Below, piece after piece: positions 8,318-17,387 of a stretch of 64,000 bases of DNA (its first letter is position 1; the number at the start of each line of letters is the position of its first letter). Below the pieces are notes generated by a model. That model saw only the letters and a program-made list of their open reading frames with translations, did not search any database and was not told where the DNA came from. The stretch comes from Candidatus Epulonipiscium sp. (GTDB taxonomy: Bacteria > Bacillota > Clostridia > Lachnospirales > Defluviitaleaceae), in the NCBI GenBank assembly GCA_012519205.1, contig JAAYQR010000028.1, forward strand, positions 4,411-68,410, written 5' to 3'. Both the position numbers and the translations under genes were made by a program.

Positions 8318-10396
8318 TTATAATCGTACCAATTCTGCAATGTCCATTGCTATATTGTCTAAGATATCTGTAAACTTATCTTGTAAATCATAATATTTTC
8401 CATTAGGCTTTGTTAAAGGATCATAGCTCTCTATGCTTAATTTATCCTTTCTTGCTACAACATAAGTTGTTATACTACTTTCCCTTAGCATAGCACAAAT
8501 CTCAGGAACATATTTCCCATCTTCCGTAGGTACATGGGGTGGGGCATCAGTTATAAGTATAAATATGTTTTTACCACTTTTGTCCACTTTAGAAGTTTTC
8601 AAAAGTTCTATACCTGTACCTACCGCTTCCAAAGAAGATTCGGGTATATCCCCTCCATAGGTTCTTGGAATATTTTTAACTTGTCTTTGGAATTTTTCTA
8701 CTTCATTTGTGAAGTTATAGACACTGGGGTTTTCTTTTTCTCCTAAATCACCAAAACCTATAAGGCCCAATTGGAAACCTATACCTTTTCGACTTAGTAT
8801 ATTTGAAAATTCTATGGCCCTATCCTTAACTCCATTAATATAGGTGTCCATGCTCCCTGTAGTATCTATTATAAATACAATATTCATATTTTCGGCAGAA
8901 GTAGTCGAAAGCTCTCTTTTAGGTGGCGGCATAACCTTGGTCCTATCAAATTCTGCTCTTTCAGTTTTTCCTGTAGATAAATCTTTTACAAATACTTCGA
9001 AAAGATTATTTTCATCTATGGCATAGGTAATTTCTAGCTGGGTAGTACCCTTAAGCCCCGTAAGCATTACACTACCTATATATTTTCTTTCTTCTTCATT
9101 ATCTTGCTCCCATTGATAAACATCAACCTGTACCGAAGAAGCCCCGGACATACTGGCAAAGTTTCTATCAGATATCTTTGCCGGAATAGAACTGCCCATG
9201 GGGATAATGGGAATTAATTCTTTTTTCATGGTATCTACATTTATAACCGCTTCCGTACCAAAAATTTGGCGGGTGATTTGCCCCACCTTTACATTGCTGT
9301 TAGGAAGGTGGATGAGATAATTATAAATCGATGCCCCCATGGCTACACTCTTTGCAGGGTCCGTAGCACGATAGGGTTCCTTAATGTATCCCCCAACCAT
9401 TCTTTTTACCATAGGAATTAGGGTTGAACCCCCAACTAAGATTACCTTTGATATTTCGTCGGGTTCCCTTCCTGCCCTTTTTAGGGCCTCTTGTATAATT
9501 TCACGGCTTCTGTCTATATATTTTCTAATTAAGGCTTCAAATTCTTCCCTTGTTAACTCCATTACTAGATTTTTGGGGACCCCTTCATGAATTATAAGGG
9601 GATGAATCCTTATGGCTACTTTGTTAGTTCCTGAAAGTTTCTTCTTGGCTTGTTCCGCTTCTTGCTTTAGTTTTTGAACCACTCTTTTTCTTTCTACAGT
9701 TTCTAACTTGTCTAGATTAATCCCTGTCTCCTTTAAAAAATTCTCTTTCATCAGGCGTATAAGTTCACTGTCAAAATCATCTCCCCCAAGATTCATATCT
9801 CCGACATCAGATAATTCTTGAAATATTTCCTCCCCATTTTTATCTTGGGATACCTTTAGGACACAAGCATCAAAGGTTCCCCCACCTAAGTCATATACTA
9901 AAAGGGTTTGGGCATACCCCTGCCTATACCCATATTCTATTGCCGCTGCTAGGGGTTCTGATAAAAGATGAACATTCTTAAATCCTGCCATCTCCCCTGC
10001 TTTTTTTGTTGCAAATATCTGTCTGTCGTTAAAATATGCTGGGTGGGTTATGACTACTTCATCAAAATTTTCTCCACTTTGATTTTCTGCTGCTTTTTTT
10101 AACTTTTTTAGTATTTCGGCACTTATTTCTTCCGGGAGTTTTTCTAAGGCTCCTACTTTGATTTTTTCCGATTGTCCCATGAATCTCTTGACAGAAATCA
10201 CGGTGCTTTCTGGATATATGATTGCCCCAGCCTTGGCCTCACTGCCTACTATAATCCCTTCTTCTCCATAGCACACAACAGAGGGAAGGATTTCATCCAC
10301 TCCATCTATCTTTACAATTTCCATTTCATCTGTTTTATCTTTATATATGATTGCTGCCGAATTGGTGGTTCCTAAATCTATTCCTAAATAACTCAT
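8318..10396 (-). CDS. Hsp70-family ATPase (NBD + SBD-beta, no lid) fused to a C-terminal von Willebrand A domain
   Basis: Hsp70 motifs IDLGTTNSAAI, VYDLGGGTFDACV and LVGGSTLIPMV. SBD-beta-like LTGLKGTTQLEITYAIDENNLFEVFVKDLSTGK. The last 189 aa (8321-8887) begin MNIVFIIDTTGSMD and contain YGGDIPESSLEA and ILITDAPPH, which is a vWA fold with a MIDAS-like DxTxS. Confidence 0.85.
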   Translation of the reverse strand: MSYLGIDLGTTNSAAIIYKDKTDEMEIVKIDGVDEILPSVVCYGEEGIIVGSEAKAGAIIYPESTVISVKRFMGQSEKIKVGALEKLPEEISAEILKKLKKAAENQSGENFDEVVITHPAYFNDRQIFATKKAGEMAGFKNVHLLSEPLAAAIEYGYRQGYAQTLLVYDLGGGTFDACVLKVSQDKNGEEIFQELSDVGDMNLGGDDFDSELIRLMKENFLKETGINLDKLETVERKRVVQKLKQEAEQAKKKLSGTNKVAIRIHPLIIHEGVPKNLVMELTREEFEALIRKYIDRSREIIQEALKRAGREPDEISKVILVGGSTLIPMVKRMVGGYIKEPYRATDPAKSVAMGASIYNYLIHLPNSNVKVGQITRQIFGTEAVINVDTMKKELIPIIPMGSSIPAKISDRNFASMSGASSVQVDVYQWEQDNEEERKYIGSVMLTGLKGTTQLEITYAIDENNLFEVFVKDLSTGKTERAEFDRTKVMPPPKRELSTTSAENMNIVFIIDTTGSMDTYINGVKDRAIEFSNILSRKGIGFQLGLIGFGDLGEKENPSVYNFTNEVEKFQRQVKNIPRTYGGDIPESSLEAVGTGIELLKTSKVDKSGKNIFILITDAPPHVPTEDGKYVPEICAMLRESSITTYVVARKDKLSIESYDPLTKPNGKYYDLQDKFTDILDNIAMDIAELVRL

Positions 10397-12033
10397 TCTT
10401 CTCCCTCCAGTACTGTCTTATTAAATCGGCTTGGATCAAAGGGCTGCTTAAATCCGCTAGGGGGATACTCTTCTCCGAATCCTAAATCTTCAACTGCACC
10501 TTTTACAAGCCCCCCTTCTTCCTCTACTGCAAGGGTTACCTGCAACTTAGTCTTACCTGATGGCCTCTTTGGCAATCCCTTTATGCCTACATCCCCAATT
10601 AACTTACAATTTTCTATGGTATCTTCTTTATCTATTCTTTCTAGAATTCTAAGTTCTAGAGTTGTCATATCTTCAAGAGTTTTCCCTGATAGAGTAAATA
10701 TATGGCTTTTTTTTGCCAATGAATAGGGGGTCCCCCTTCTTATCATGGTAAAAAAAGATTTCCTTGTGCCATGATCTACTTCGAGTCCAATATCATGGGG
10801 AACTGTAACTTCAAATTCCACTTCTACCTTTTCCGCTTCTAAATCAGGGTGGGTTAACACCCCCATTTTCATAGCTGCATAATAAGTAGCACCCAAGGAG
10901 ATATCTAGAGCTGGTCTTTCTGATGTGTATATTTTATTTTCTTCATTAAATATACCTATTAGCATATCTTTTATCCAAGGCATAGTAGATGAACCCCCTT
11001 CAAGAAGTACCCTATCTATGTCGCTTGGAAGCAGTGCCCCAGTATAAGCTTCTCTTAAAGCTTTTAATACAAGTTTTCTCGTTTTTTCTATAAAGTCATG
11101 GATTAAATTTTCAAATTGCTCCCTTGTTATTTGTTCTACAAATGGCGGAATACAAAAGGTAAAAGGAATTCTAAAGCTTTTGACCCCGGATAATCTTTCT
11201 TTTGTTTCCCTTGCTCTCATTATAAGTTCTGCTTGATTTTCTGGTGTCATAGCATCCTTATTTTGTCCTGTTTTATTTTCTATATATAAATAACATTGTT
11301 TTAGGAGGACTTCGTCGATATTATCTCCCCCGTGGCGTGCTTCCCCTCCTTCGCTTATTACCTGCAGCTTGATGCGACAATCATCTTTTTCGACTACATG
11401 GAATAGAGTAATATCTAAAGTCCCTCCCCCAAAATCAAAAACCATGATTTTTTCATCCTTGGATAATTGATGTCTGAAATTATATGCTAGGGCCGCTGCC
11501 TTTGGTTCTTCTATAAGGCAAATCAACTTATCTTTCAATCCCGCTAATTCACAAGCTCTCATCGTAGCCTTTTTTGCCCCATCATCAAAATCATAAGGTA
11601 CAGAAACTACGCACCCTGCAATCTCTGCATTTGGGTTCATGTTTTTACAATGACTTATCAATTCTTTTAAAATCATTGCCGATATCTCTTCCGGAAGATA
11701 TTCTTTATCTTCTATTTGTATTTTTTCGTTGGTTCCCATTTTTCTTTTGATTGATCTTATGGTGGTTTCCGGGTAAATTTTCATAGACCTATAGGCTTCT
11801 TCTCCTATAACCCATTCCTCTTCGTCCCCTTCTTCTCCCCTATATTGAGCTACTGAAGGAAGAGGAATCTTACCAAATCCATTGCTGATGTCTATGGGCT
11901 CGGGTTTTTTGTTATTATTATCCCAGTAACTTATTACTGAGTTGGTTGTCCCTAGGTCTATTCCTAGGATATACCATTCTTCGGGGAGATCTTTTTGTTC
12001 TTCGATTTGTTTCTTGTATTCTTCCCAGTTCAT
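10393..12033 (-). CDS. Hsp70-family ATPase paralog, lidless (546 aa)
   Basis: Motifs IDLGTTNSVIS, VFDFGGGTLDITLF and LLEGGSSTMPWI. SBD-beta-like IKGLPKRPSGKTKLQVTLAVEEEGGLVKGAVEDLGFGEEYP. 4-nt ATGA overlap with the downstream gene. Confidence 0.85.
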   Translation of the reverse strand: MNWEEYKKQIEEQKDLPEEWYILGIDLGTTNSVISYWDNNNKKPEPIDISNGFGKIPLPSVAQYRGEEGDEEEWVIGEEAYRSMKIYPETTIRSIKRKMGTNEKIQIEDKEYLPEEISAMILKELISHCKNMNPNAEIAGCVVSVPYDFDDGAKKATMRACELAGLKDKLICLIEEPKAAALAYNFRHQLSKDEKIMVFDFGGGTLDITLFHVVEKDDCRIKLQVISEGGEARHGGDNIDEVLLKQCYLYIENKTGQNKDAMTPENQAELIMRARETKERLSGVKSFRIPFTFCIPPFVEQITREQFENLIHDFIEKTRKLVLKALREAYTGALLPSDIDRVLLEGGSSTMPWIKDMLIGIFNEENKIYTSERPALDISLGATYYAAMKMGVLTHPDLEAEKVEVEFEVTVPHDIGLEVDHGTRKSFFTMIRRGTPYSLAKKSHIFTLSGKTLEDMTTLELRILERIDKEDTIENCKLIGDVGIKGLPKRPSGKTKLQVTLAVEEEGGLVKGAVEDLGFGEEYPPSGFKQPFDPSRFNKTVLEGEE

Positions 12034-12154
12034 TATTTCACTCCTTTTACATGGATAGATAGTTATGGGATTCCATGCGGATTTTGTGGTTTATAATGTT
12101 AAATTAGTTGAGGTGATTATGCAAGAATGGTGGTGGCTATATTAGGTATTTATG

Positions 12155-13726
12155 TTATAGTTGGATAATTGCAGTTTGGGTATAATCTGTGGCGGGAAAC
12201 ATTTCTCCGAATCCACAGTCCTTTATGATTACCTCTATTTGGTCATATTGTCTAAATCCTAAGGTAAATTTTAGCCTTAGGGTTCTTGAAGGTCTATCGG
12301 GTAAGCCTTCAAGGTTTATGGTATGTAGGGGTGTTATCTCCCCCCTATCATTTCTTTTGTATACAGGTATACATAATGTGTTTTCCGTTTCCCCATCCAA
12401 TATAAATATTTTTGGTTTGGGTTTTTGCCACCAAAACGTATTTTTTTCTATTAGGGGTATGAAACAAGGTGCCTTTCTAAAGGCTCCATTAATCCCTATA
12501 TCCCAGGTTAACCTATGGTAATCTGTTAATTTAATCATTGTCTCAGGAATGATTCCCAAGTAAGAAGCGGCACCTATACATGCCCCTAGTGCTACCGTCC
12601 CTTCTGCTTCTTTTGGGTATATGATGGAACTTCCTAGAAATTCGTTTTCTAAAAGTTCCTTCATCCAGCTCATTTCAAAGCCGCCCCCAACGGCTATTAT
12701 TTTGTGTATTTCATTTTTATCGATTACTCCGTTGATTGTTTTATTTAACAATTTAGAAATAAATTCTTTAATACTTTGTGAAAATGGCTCTATGAGCCTA
12801 TCCATATCCTCAATAGTAACGGACTTTTGGAAGGCAGGATATACAAAGTTAAAATATAGTTTTGTTGTTTTTTTCTTATAATAGTTTTGGAATAATAACC
12901 CTTTATTTTGATATGCAAAGACCTCAATTTGGTGGAGAATTTCATCACTAATCCTATGTTGAGTTAGCCCTGTTTCTTCACAATAAAAATTAACAAATAA
13001 CTTTTTTAATAGTTTATCAAGTTTTCTTCCTCCCAAGGTTGAATCAAATAAATAAGATAATGTCTCCGCATTAACACTCCCTTCATTGGAAGGATTAACC
13101 CTAATAAGTCCTCCCCGTATCTGTTCTCCCCCATAATCGATAAATAAAACCTTTTCTTCACTGTTTAGAGAACGCTCAAAATACAAATATCTTAAAATAC
13201 ATTCTCTATAACCCATTAGATTTATTAAGGCCTTACTAAGCCCTGCAATTGAAAAAGCTCTTTCTAATTCTTCCCTAGCACTTTCCGAAAAATAATCCGG
13301 TACTGCGGCTATAACCCCTACTATATCTGCATTGGGGTTTAGGTTCTTACACATATCTATTATTTCTTTAATGTATCTACTAAGGAGGTTTGGTATATTC
13401 ATGGGTTTACCACTAATATTTATAAGTTCCTTAGTTCCTAATTTTGATAAGATATTATGAATTGTGATATCATCAAAATATCCCCTATTAAGTAGGGCAT
13501 ATTCACCATAGACCCATTCCCTATTTTCTGGAATGTATTGCATAACCGTTGGTATGGAGGGATTCCCATAACCACCACTCATATCGATTAATTCTGCCTG
13601 CTTCCTATTAACATTCCAAATGGCTATTTTGGTTGCTTTGCTTCCTATATCTATTCCTAGTATGAATTTTGTTTCGTCATTAAAGTCCATTGATGAAATT
13701 TGTTTTTTGAATATTTTCCAGCTCAT
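12155..13726 (-). CDS. Divergent Hsp70-like paralog with degenerate nucleotide-binding motifs (523 aa)
   Basis: Collinear with its neighbours, but phosphate-1 is IDIGSKATKIA, phosphate-2 is FIDYGGEQIRGG and the adenosine motif is AVGGGFEMSWM. The C-terminus LEGLPDRPSRTLRLKFTLGFRQYDQIEVIIKDCGFGEMFP parallels the 546-aa paralog. Confidence 0.7.
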   Translation of the reverse strand: MSWKIFKKQISSMDFNDETKFILGIDIGSKATKIAIWNVNRKQAELIDMSGGYGNPSIPTVMQYIPENREWVYGEYALLNRGYFDDITIHNILSKLGTKELINISGKPMNIPNLLSRYIKEIIDMCKNLNPNADIVGVIAAVPDYFSESAREELERAFSIAGLSKALINLMGYRECILRYLYFERSLNSEEKVLFIDYGGEQIRGGLIRVNPSNEGSVNAETLSYLFDSTLGGRKLDKLLKKLFVNFYCEETGLTQHRISDEILHQIEVFAYQNKGLLFQNYYKKKTTKLYFNFVYPAFQKSVTIEDMDRLIEPFSQSIKEFISKLLNKTINGVIDKNEIHKIIAVGGGFEMSWMKELLENEFLGSSIIYPKEAEGTVALGACIGAASYLGIIPETMIKLTDYHRLTWDIGINGAFRKAPCFIPLIEKNTFWWQKPKPKIFILDGETENTLCIPVYKRNDRGEITPLHTINLEGLPDRPSRTLRLKFTLGFRQYDQIEVIIKDCGFGEMFPATDYTQTAIIQL

Positions 13727-13742
13727 AGCTTCTCATCCTCAC

Positions 13743-15665
13743 CTATTTGCCTGCAACTACATTGGCTTTTAATACGATTTGATTGTTATATTTATATCCC
13801 CTGTTCATGGTCTTGATGATTTCACCCTTTTCAAATCCTTCTTTTACTTCAGCCATCAGAACTTCATGTTCTTTCCCATTAAATTTTTCATGGGTCTTAG
13901 GGTTTATAAATTCAACTTTAAATTCCTCTAGCAGGTTTTCTAGTTTTAGGGTAAGGGCATCAATATTTTCTACATAAGAAGCTACTACCTCTTCATTTTC
14001 ATTTCTAAGTCTAGATACCGAATAGTTTATTATTTCTTCATAGGTGCTCATTTCAAAAAACAGATGCTCCCTAAGATACTTTATCATTTTTTTATTAGCT
14101 TCATTTTTAATTTTTTCTACTTTTCTTCCTAGCCTTTCCATAAGGGCATCATAGCCCTCTTTGATTTCATTATCTAAAAATGCTCCTTTTTGTGTTAGAA
14201 CATCCTCTATAGGGGTATCATACTTGCTAATAAATTTATTGTATATTTCTAAGTCGATTTTTTCGTATTCTTTTTCTATCACAATAGGATCCAACTCTTT
14301 TTTTACATATTCCTCAAATTGATTGATTGTACTCTGGTATAACTCTAGGCTTTCCCTTAGGCTTTCAATTTTTATAGAAATTGTTTCAGAGATTCCTTCT
14401 ATTATAGGGGTATACTCAGCTTCTTCCGGTATATCCTTGTATAATTCCTGATTTTTATTAAACTCTAGAAAAAAATCTACTATTCTTTCTCCGGCTTCTT
14501 TGTTTATATATAAATTTTCGACTATTTCCTTTAGTAGAGCCCCTGGGTTGAACTTTTCTATATATATCTTTAAAAGTTCCTCCTTCAAGGAGCCCCATTT
14601 TTCGGTAAAGTCATTAAAATTATCAATAAACTCTAAGGGCTCTTCGGTTTTGAGCCTAAGCTTCTTTCTTACGGTGATGTCATTAATATACAATCTCATT
14701 CCTTGAAACTTCAGGTAGTTTTCAAATCCCTCTTTATCAAGTAATATTATTTTGTTAGGCTCTTTTTCTGCCTCTTTAAAGAAATCCTCTAACTCTTCGA
14801 TTTCTTTTCCTAAATGCTGATAGGCCTCCCTTATGGTATGTAGAATTTCTTGGATTATTTGCTGTTCACTACTTTCGTACTGCTCTATTTTCATTTCTTC
14901 TTCCAAGGCATTCACTTGAATCTTAATAATTGCCTCCACATTATCTTTTTCTTGTTTTATGGATTCATAGTAAAAATTGGCAGCCTTTCTTAAATGAAAA
15001 TCGTTAAGCCTTTTTATACCCTTCTCTGACCTTTTTGTATAACATTTATAAAGAGGTTCACTCATTTCTTCAATCAATAAGAGATATAATTCTCTTATGA
15101 ATTCTAGTTGTGAATCTTCACCTTTATAGATGTCCATTAATCTATTTCTTGAATTTATTAAAGTTGGGCCTATTTTATAATTAAGCCATAGCTTTTCCAG
15201 TTCATCTAACTGATTTAAGATATTTATCTTTTGTTCTGTAACAAATTTATCCTTTTCTATTTTAATTGGATTGATATTAGCCTTAGGGTCGGCTATTCCC
15301 TGATTTGCCAGCTGGCTTTCTTTAAATTGCTTAAGCTGCGACAAAAGTACGGTGCATATTCCAATCAATATTTCTTTTGCTTTTCCCGTTTTTATGTTTT
15401 CCTCATTATCATAAAATAAGTAGATTGTCCTTTGATAATGATGCATTAAGTGATCAAAGTATTCAAATATCCGCTCATCATATTTGGATAATTTATTTTC
15501 CTCAGTAAGATGATTAAGTATTCTAAGCATTACCTTCATTTTGATATGAAAAAAACATCCCTTTATACTTTGTTCAGTAAATTCATCGAAAGCCTGAAGG
15601 GTTTTTCTCCAGGCTTCGATTAATTCCTTTGACTTTAGCAAAATAGGGGGATACTCCTTAAACAT
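13743..15665 (-). CDS. 640-aa helical / coiled-coil protein ending in a GrpE-like nucleotide-exchange domain
   Basis: The C-terminal 60 aa, KVEFINPKTHEKFNGKEHEVLMAEVKEGFEKGEIIKTMNRGYKYNNQIVLKANVVAGK, align by eye with the GrpE beta domain (F-D/N-P-x-x-H-x-A ... QKGY-x-L-x-x-R-x-x-R-x-A-x-V-x-V). The preceding ~570 aa are E/K-rich helical sequence. Confidence 0.7.
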   Translation of the reverse strand: MFKEYPPILLKSKELIEAWRKTLQAFDEFTEQSIKGCFFHIKMKVMLRILNHLTEENKLSKYDERIFEYFDHLMHHYQRTIYLFYDNEENIKTGKAKEILIGICTVLLSQLKQFKESQLANQGIADPKANINPIKIEKDKFVTEQKINILNQLDELEKLWLNYKIGPTLINSRNRLMDIYKGEDSQLEFIRELYLLLIEEMSEPLYKCYTKRSEKGIKRLNDFHLRKAANFYYESIKQEKDNVEAIIKIQVNALEEEMKIEQYESSEQQIIQEILHTIREAYQHLGKEIEELEDFFKEAEKEPNKIILLDKEGFENYLKFQGMRLYINDITVRKKLRLKTEEPLEFIDNFNDFTEKWGSLKEELLKIYIEKFNPGALLKEIVENLYINKEAGERIVDFFLEFNKNQELYKDIPEEAEYTPIIEGISETISIKIESLRESLELYQSTINQFEEYVKKELDPIVIEKEYEKIDLEIYNKFISKYDTPIEDVLTQKGAFLDNEIKEGYDALMERLGRKVEKIKNEANKKMIKYLREHLFFEMSTYEEIINYSVSRLRNENEEVVASYVENIDALTLKLENLLEEFKVEFINPKTHEKFNGKEHEVLMAEVKEGFEKGEIIKTMNRGYKYNNQIVLKANVVAGK

Positions 15666-15692
15666 ATAAATCCTCCTCTTACTATCATGACT

Positions 15693-17378
15693 TTAGTATA
15701 AGTCGTCTACAGATAGCTCCGTCTCTACTCCACTAGTACTCATGCTTTTAGCCATTACCTTAAGCATATTGTCCTGTCCTATATGAAAGATTACTTTTAC
15801 CTTTTCTTCTCCCTTTGCCTTAGACGGGATACCCCTTAGGCTCGTTCCTGCAAGGCGTTTCATACCATCTTCCATTACATAGGAAGCTTTCTTTTCTTCA
15901 CTAGAGGGTCTCATGTTTTCATAAACAACTATTGCCATACTGGTTACATTGTCAAAATTAGTAACCAAAAGTTCCGCCGCCTCTATAGTAAGACCCTCCT
16001 CAGGAATATCTACACCACTTTTTACAATCTCCATAAATCTTCTACCTGATATTTCGAGCCCTAAAGGGTGAATGGTCTTTTCTTGAACAATAGGTCCCTT
16101 TACCGTAGGCATCATAATCATATTGCAGTAATGGGCTGCCCCTTGAGAAATACTTAGGGCGGGACTAATTTTTGATTTAAAGGGTTCTTTTCCAAACTTT
16201 TCTTTTATTTTCTCCCTTATTCTAGGAATCGCAGAGGAACCTCCCACTAAGAATGTTTCATCAATATCTCTAGCTTCTAAGGAGGCAGCTCTTAGACATT
16301 CATCAATACACTCAATACTTCTTTCTATTAAGTCTTCTACCGATTTCCCTTCTAGTTTACTAAATACTTCATCGGAATCCCCTAACTGGTTGATTCTTTT
16401 ATGGTTTAAAAAGGCATCCTTTGTAATTTCCATATTGATATTAATAATTTTAGGTTCCTGGATAAATGGAGCTAAAACAACTTTGGTGGATTTAGCCGAT
16501 GAAAGTCTTTCCTTAGCTTGGTTAGCTACTTGGGCAAGGCGAACTAAAGCTGTTGTTTTTTGCCGTTTTGATGCACCATCATCAGCGTTTAAATCAAATA
16601 GATTAATTTCCTCATTAGTCATTTTTTTAAATTCTTCATAAACCATATCTATTATTATTTTATCTACGTCATTTCCACCTAGATAATTGTCACCAAAGGT
16701 ACTTAGTATAGATATAGAGGGTTCATCGGTATCTGTCATCCTTATATCCAGAACACAAGCATCAAAGGTTCCGCCCCCAAAATCATAAACCAATACCTTT
16801 TTATTTTTTCTTTCGTTGACTGCATATGAAATTGCTGCAGCTGCCGGTTCTAATCTAAGGTATATGTTATCTTCATCAAAACCTGCTAGTTTTGCGGCTT
16901 CTTTTGTCATTTTCTTTTGTTTATCCGTTGAATTGGCAGGAACGGTTATTACGCAGCCTGAGAATTCTCCTGCTATATTTAGTTCCTCTTGAGCATATTC
17001 ATCAGCTTTTTGCTTAAGATACCCTAATATCTCCCCAGTCACCTGCTCGGGAGTAAATTCATACTCTTTATCATCTACCACTATTTTTACTTTTTCTTCA
17101 CTTCCTAGAAGGCGCTTTATCGATAAAACTGTACTTTGCGGATAAATTATAGCTGCTTCTTTTGCCTGTATCCCAAAAATCCTAGATAGTTTATCAGGAT
17201 CATCGGGATCCGTTTCGAATTGTACCGCCGTTGGGAAAACATTGCTTCCATCAATGGGTATGGTTTGTACTTGTCCTTCTTTAAAGTCATACACACTTAC
17301 TACTGAGTTTGTTGTTCCAAAGTCGATTCCTAAAAACAATCCTCTTTCTACATCTAATCCTAGTGTTCCCACAAGCAA
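15693..17378 (-). CDS. Hsp70-family ATPase paralog, lidless (about 560 aa)
   Basis: Motifs IDFGTTNSVVS, VYDFGGGTFDACVL and LVGGSSAIPRI. SBD-beta-like LRGIPSKAKGEEKVKVIFHIGQDNMLKVMAKS. The track start is TTG 17378. GTG 17372 has better spacing to the AGGAGG at 17387-17381. Confidence 0.85.
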   Translation of the reverse strand: MLVGTLGLDVERGLFLGIDFGTTNSVVSVYDFKEGQVQTIPIDGSNVFPTAVQFETDPDDPDKLSRIFGIQAKEAAIIYPQSTVLSIKRLLGSEEKVKIVVDDKEYEFTPEQVTGEILGYLKQKADEYAQEELNIAGEFSGCVITVPANSTDKQKKMTKEAAKLAGFDEDNIYLRLEPAAAAISYAVNERKNKKVLVYDFGGGTFDACVLDIRMTDTDEPSISILSTFGDNYLGGNDVDKIIIDMVYEEFKKMTNEEINLFDLNADDGASKRQKTTALVRLAQVANQAKERLSSAKSTKVVLAPFIQEPKIININMEITKDAFLNHKRINQLGDSDEVFSKLEGKSVEDLIERSIECIDECLRAASLEARDIDETFLVGGSSAIPRIREKIKEKFGKEPFKSKISPALSISQGAAHYCNMIMMPTVKGPIVQEKTIHPLGLEISGRRFMEIVKSGVDIPEEGLTIEAAELLVTNFDNVTSMAIVVYENMRPSSEEKKASYVMEDGMKRLAGTSLRGIPSKAKGEEKVKVIFHIGQDNMLKVMAKSMSTSGVETELSVDDLY

Positions 17379-17387
17379 TTCCTCCTT

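Noticed and set aside
10393-12033. An HPD tripeptide in the 546-aa Hsp70 paralog (GVLTHPDLEAEK), considered as a possible hidden J domain.
   Set aside because: It lies inside the NBD/linker region with no surrounding four-helix J-domain sequence. It is a chance tripeptide.
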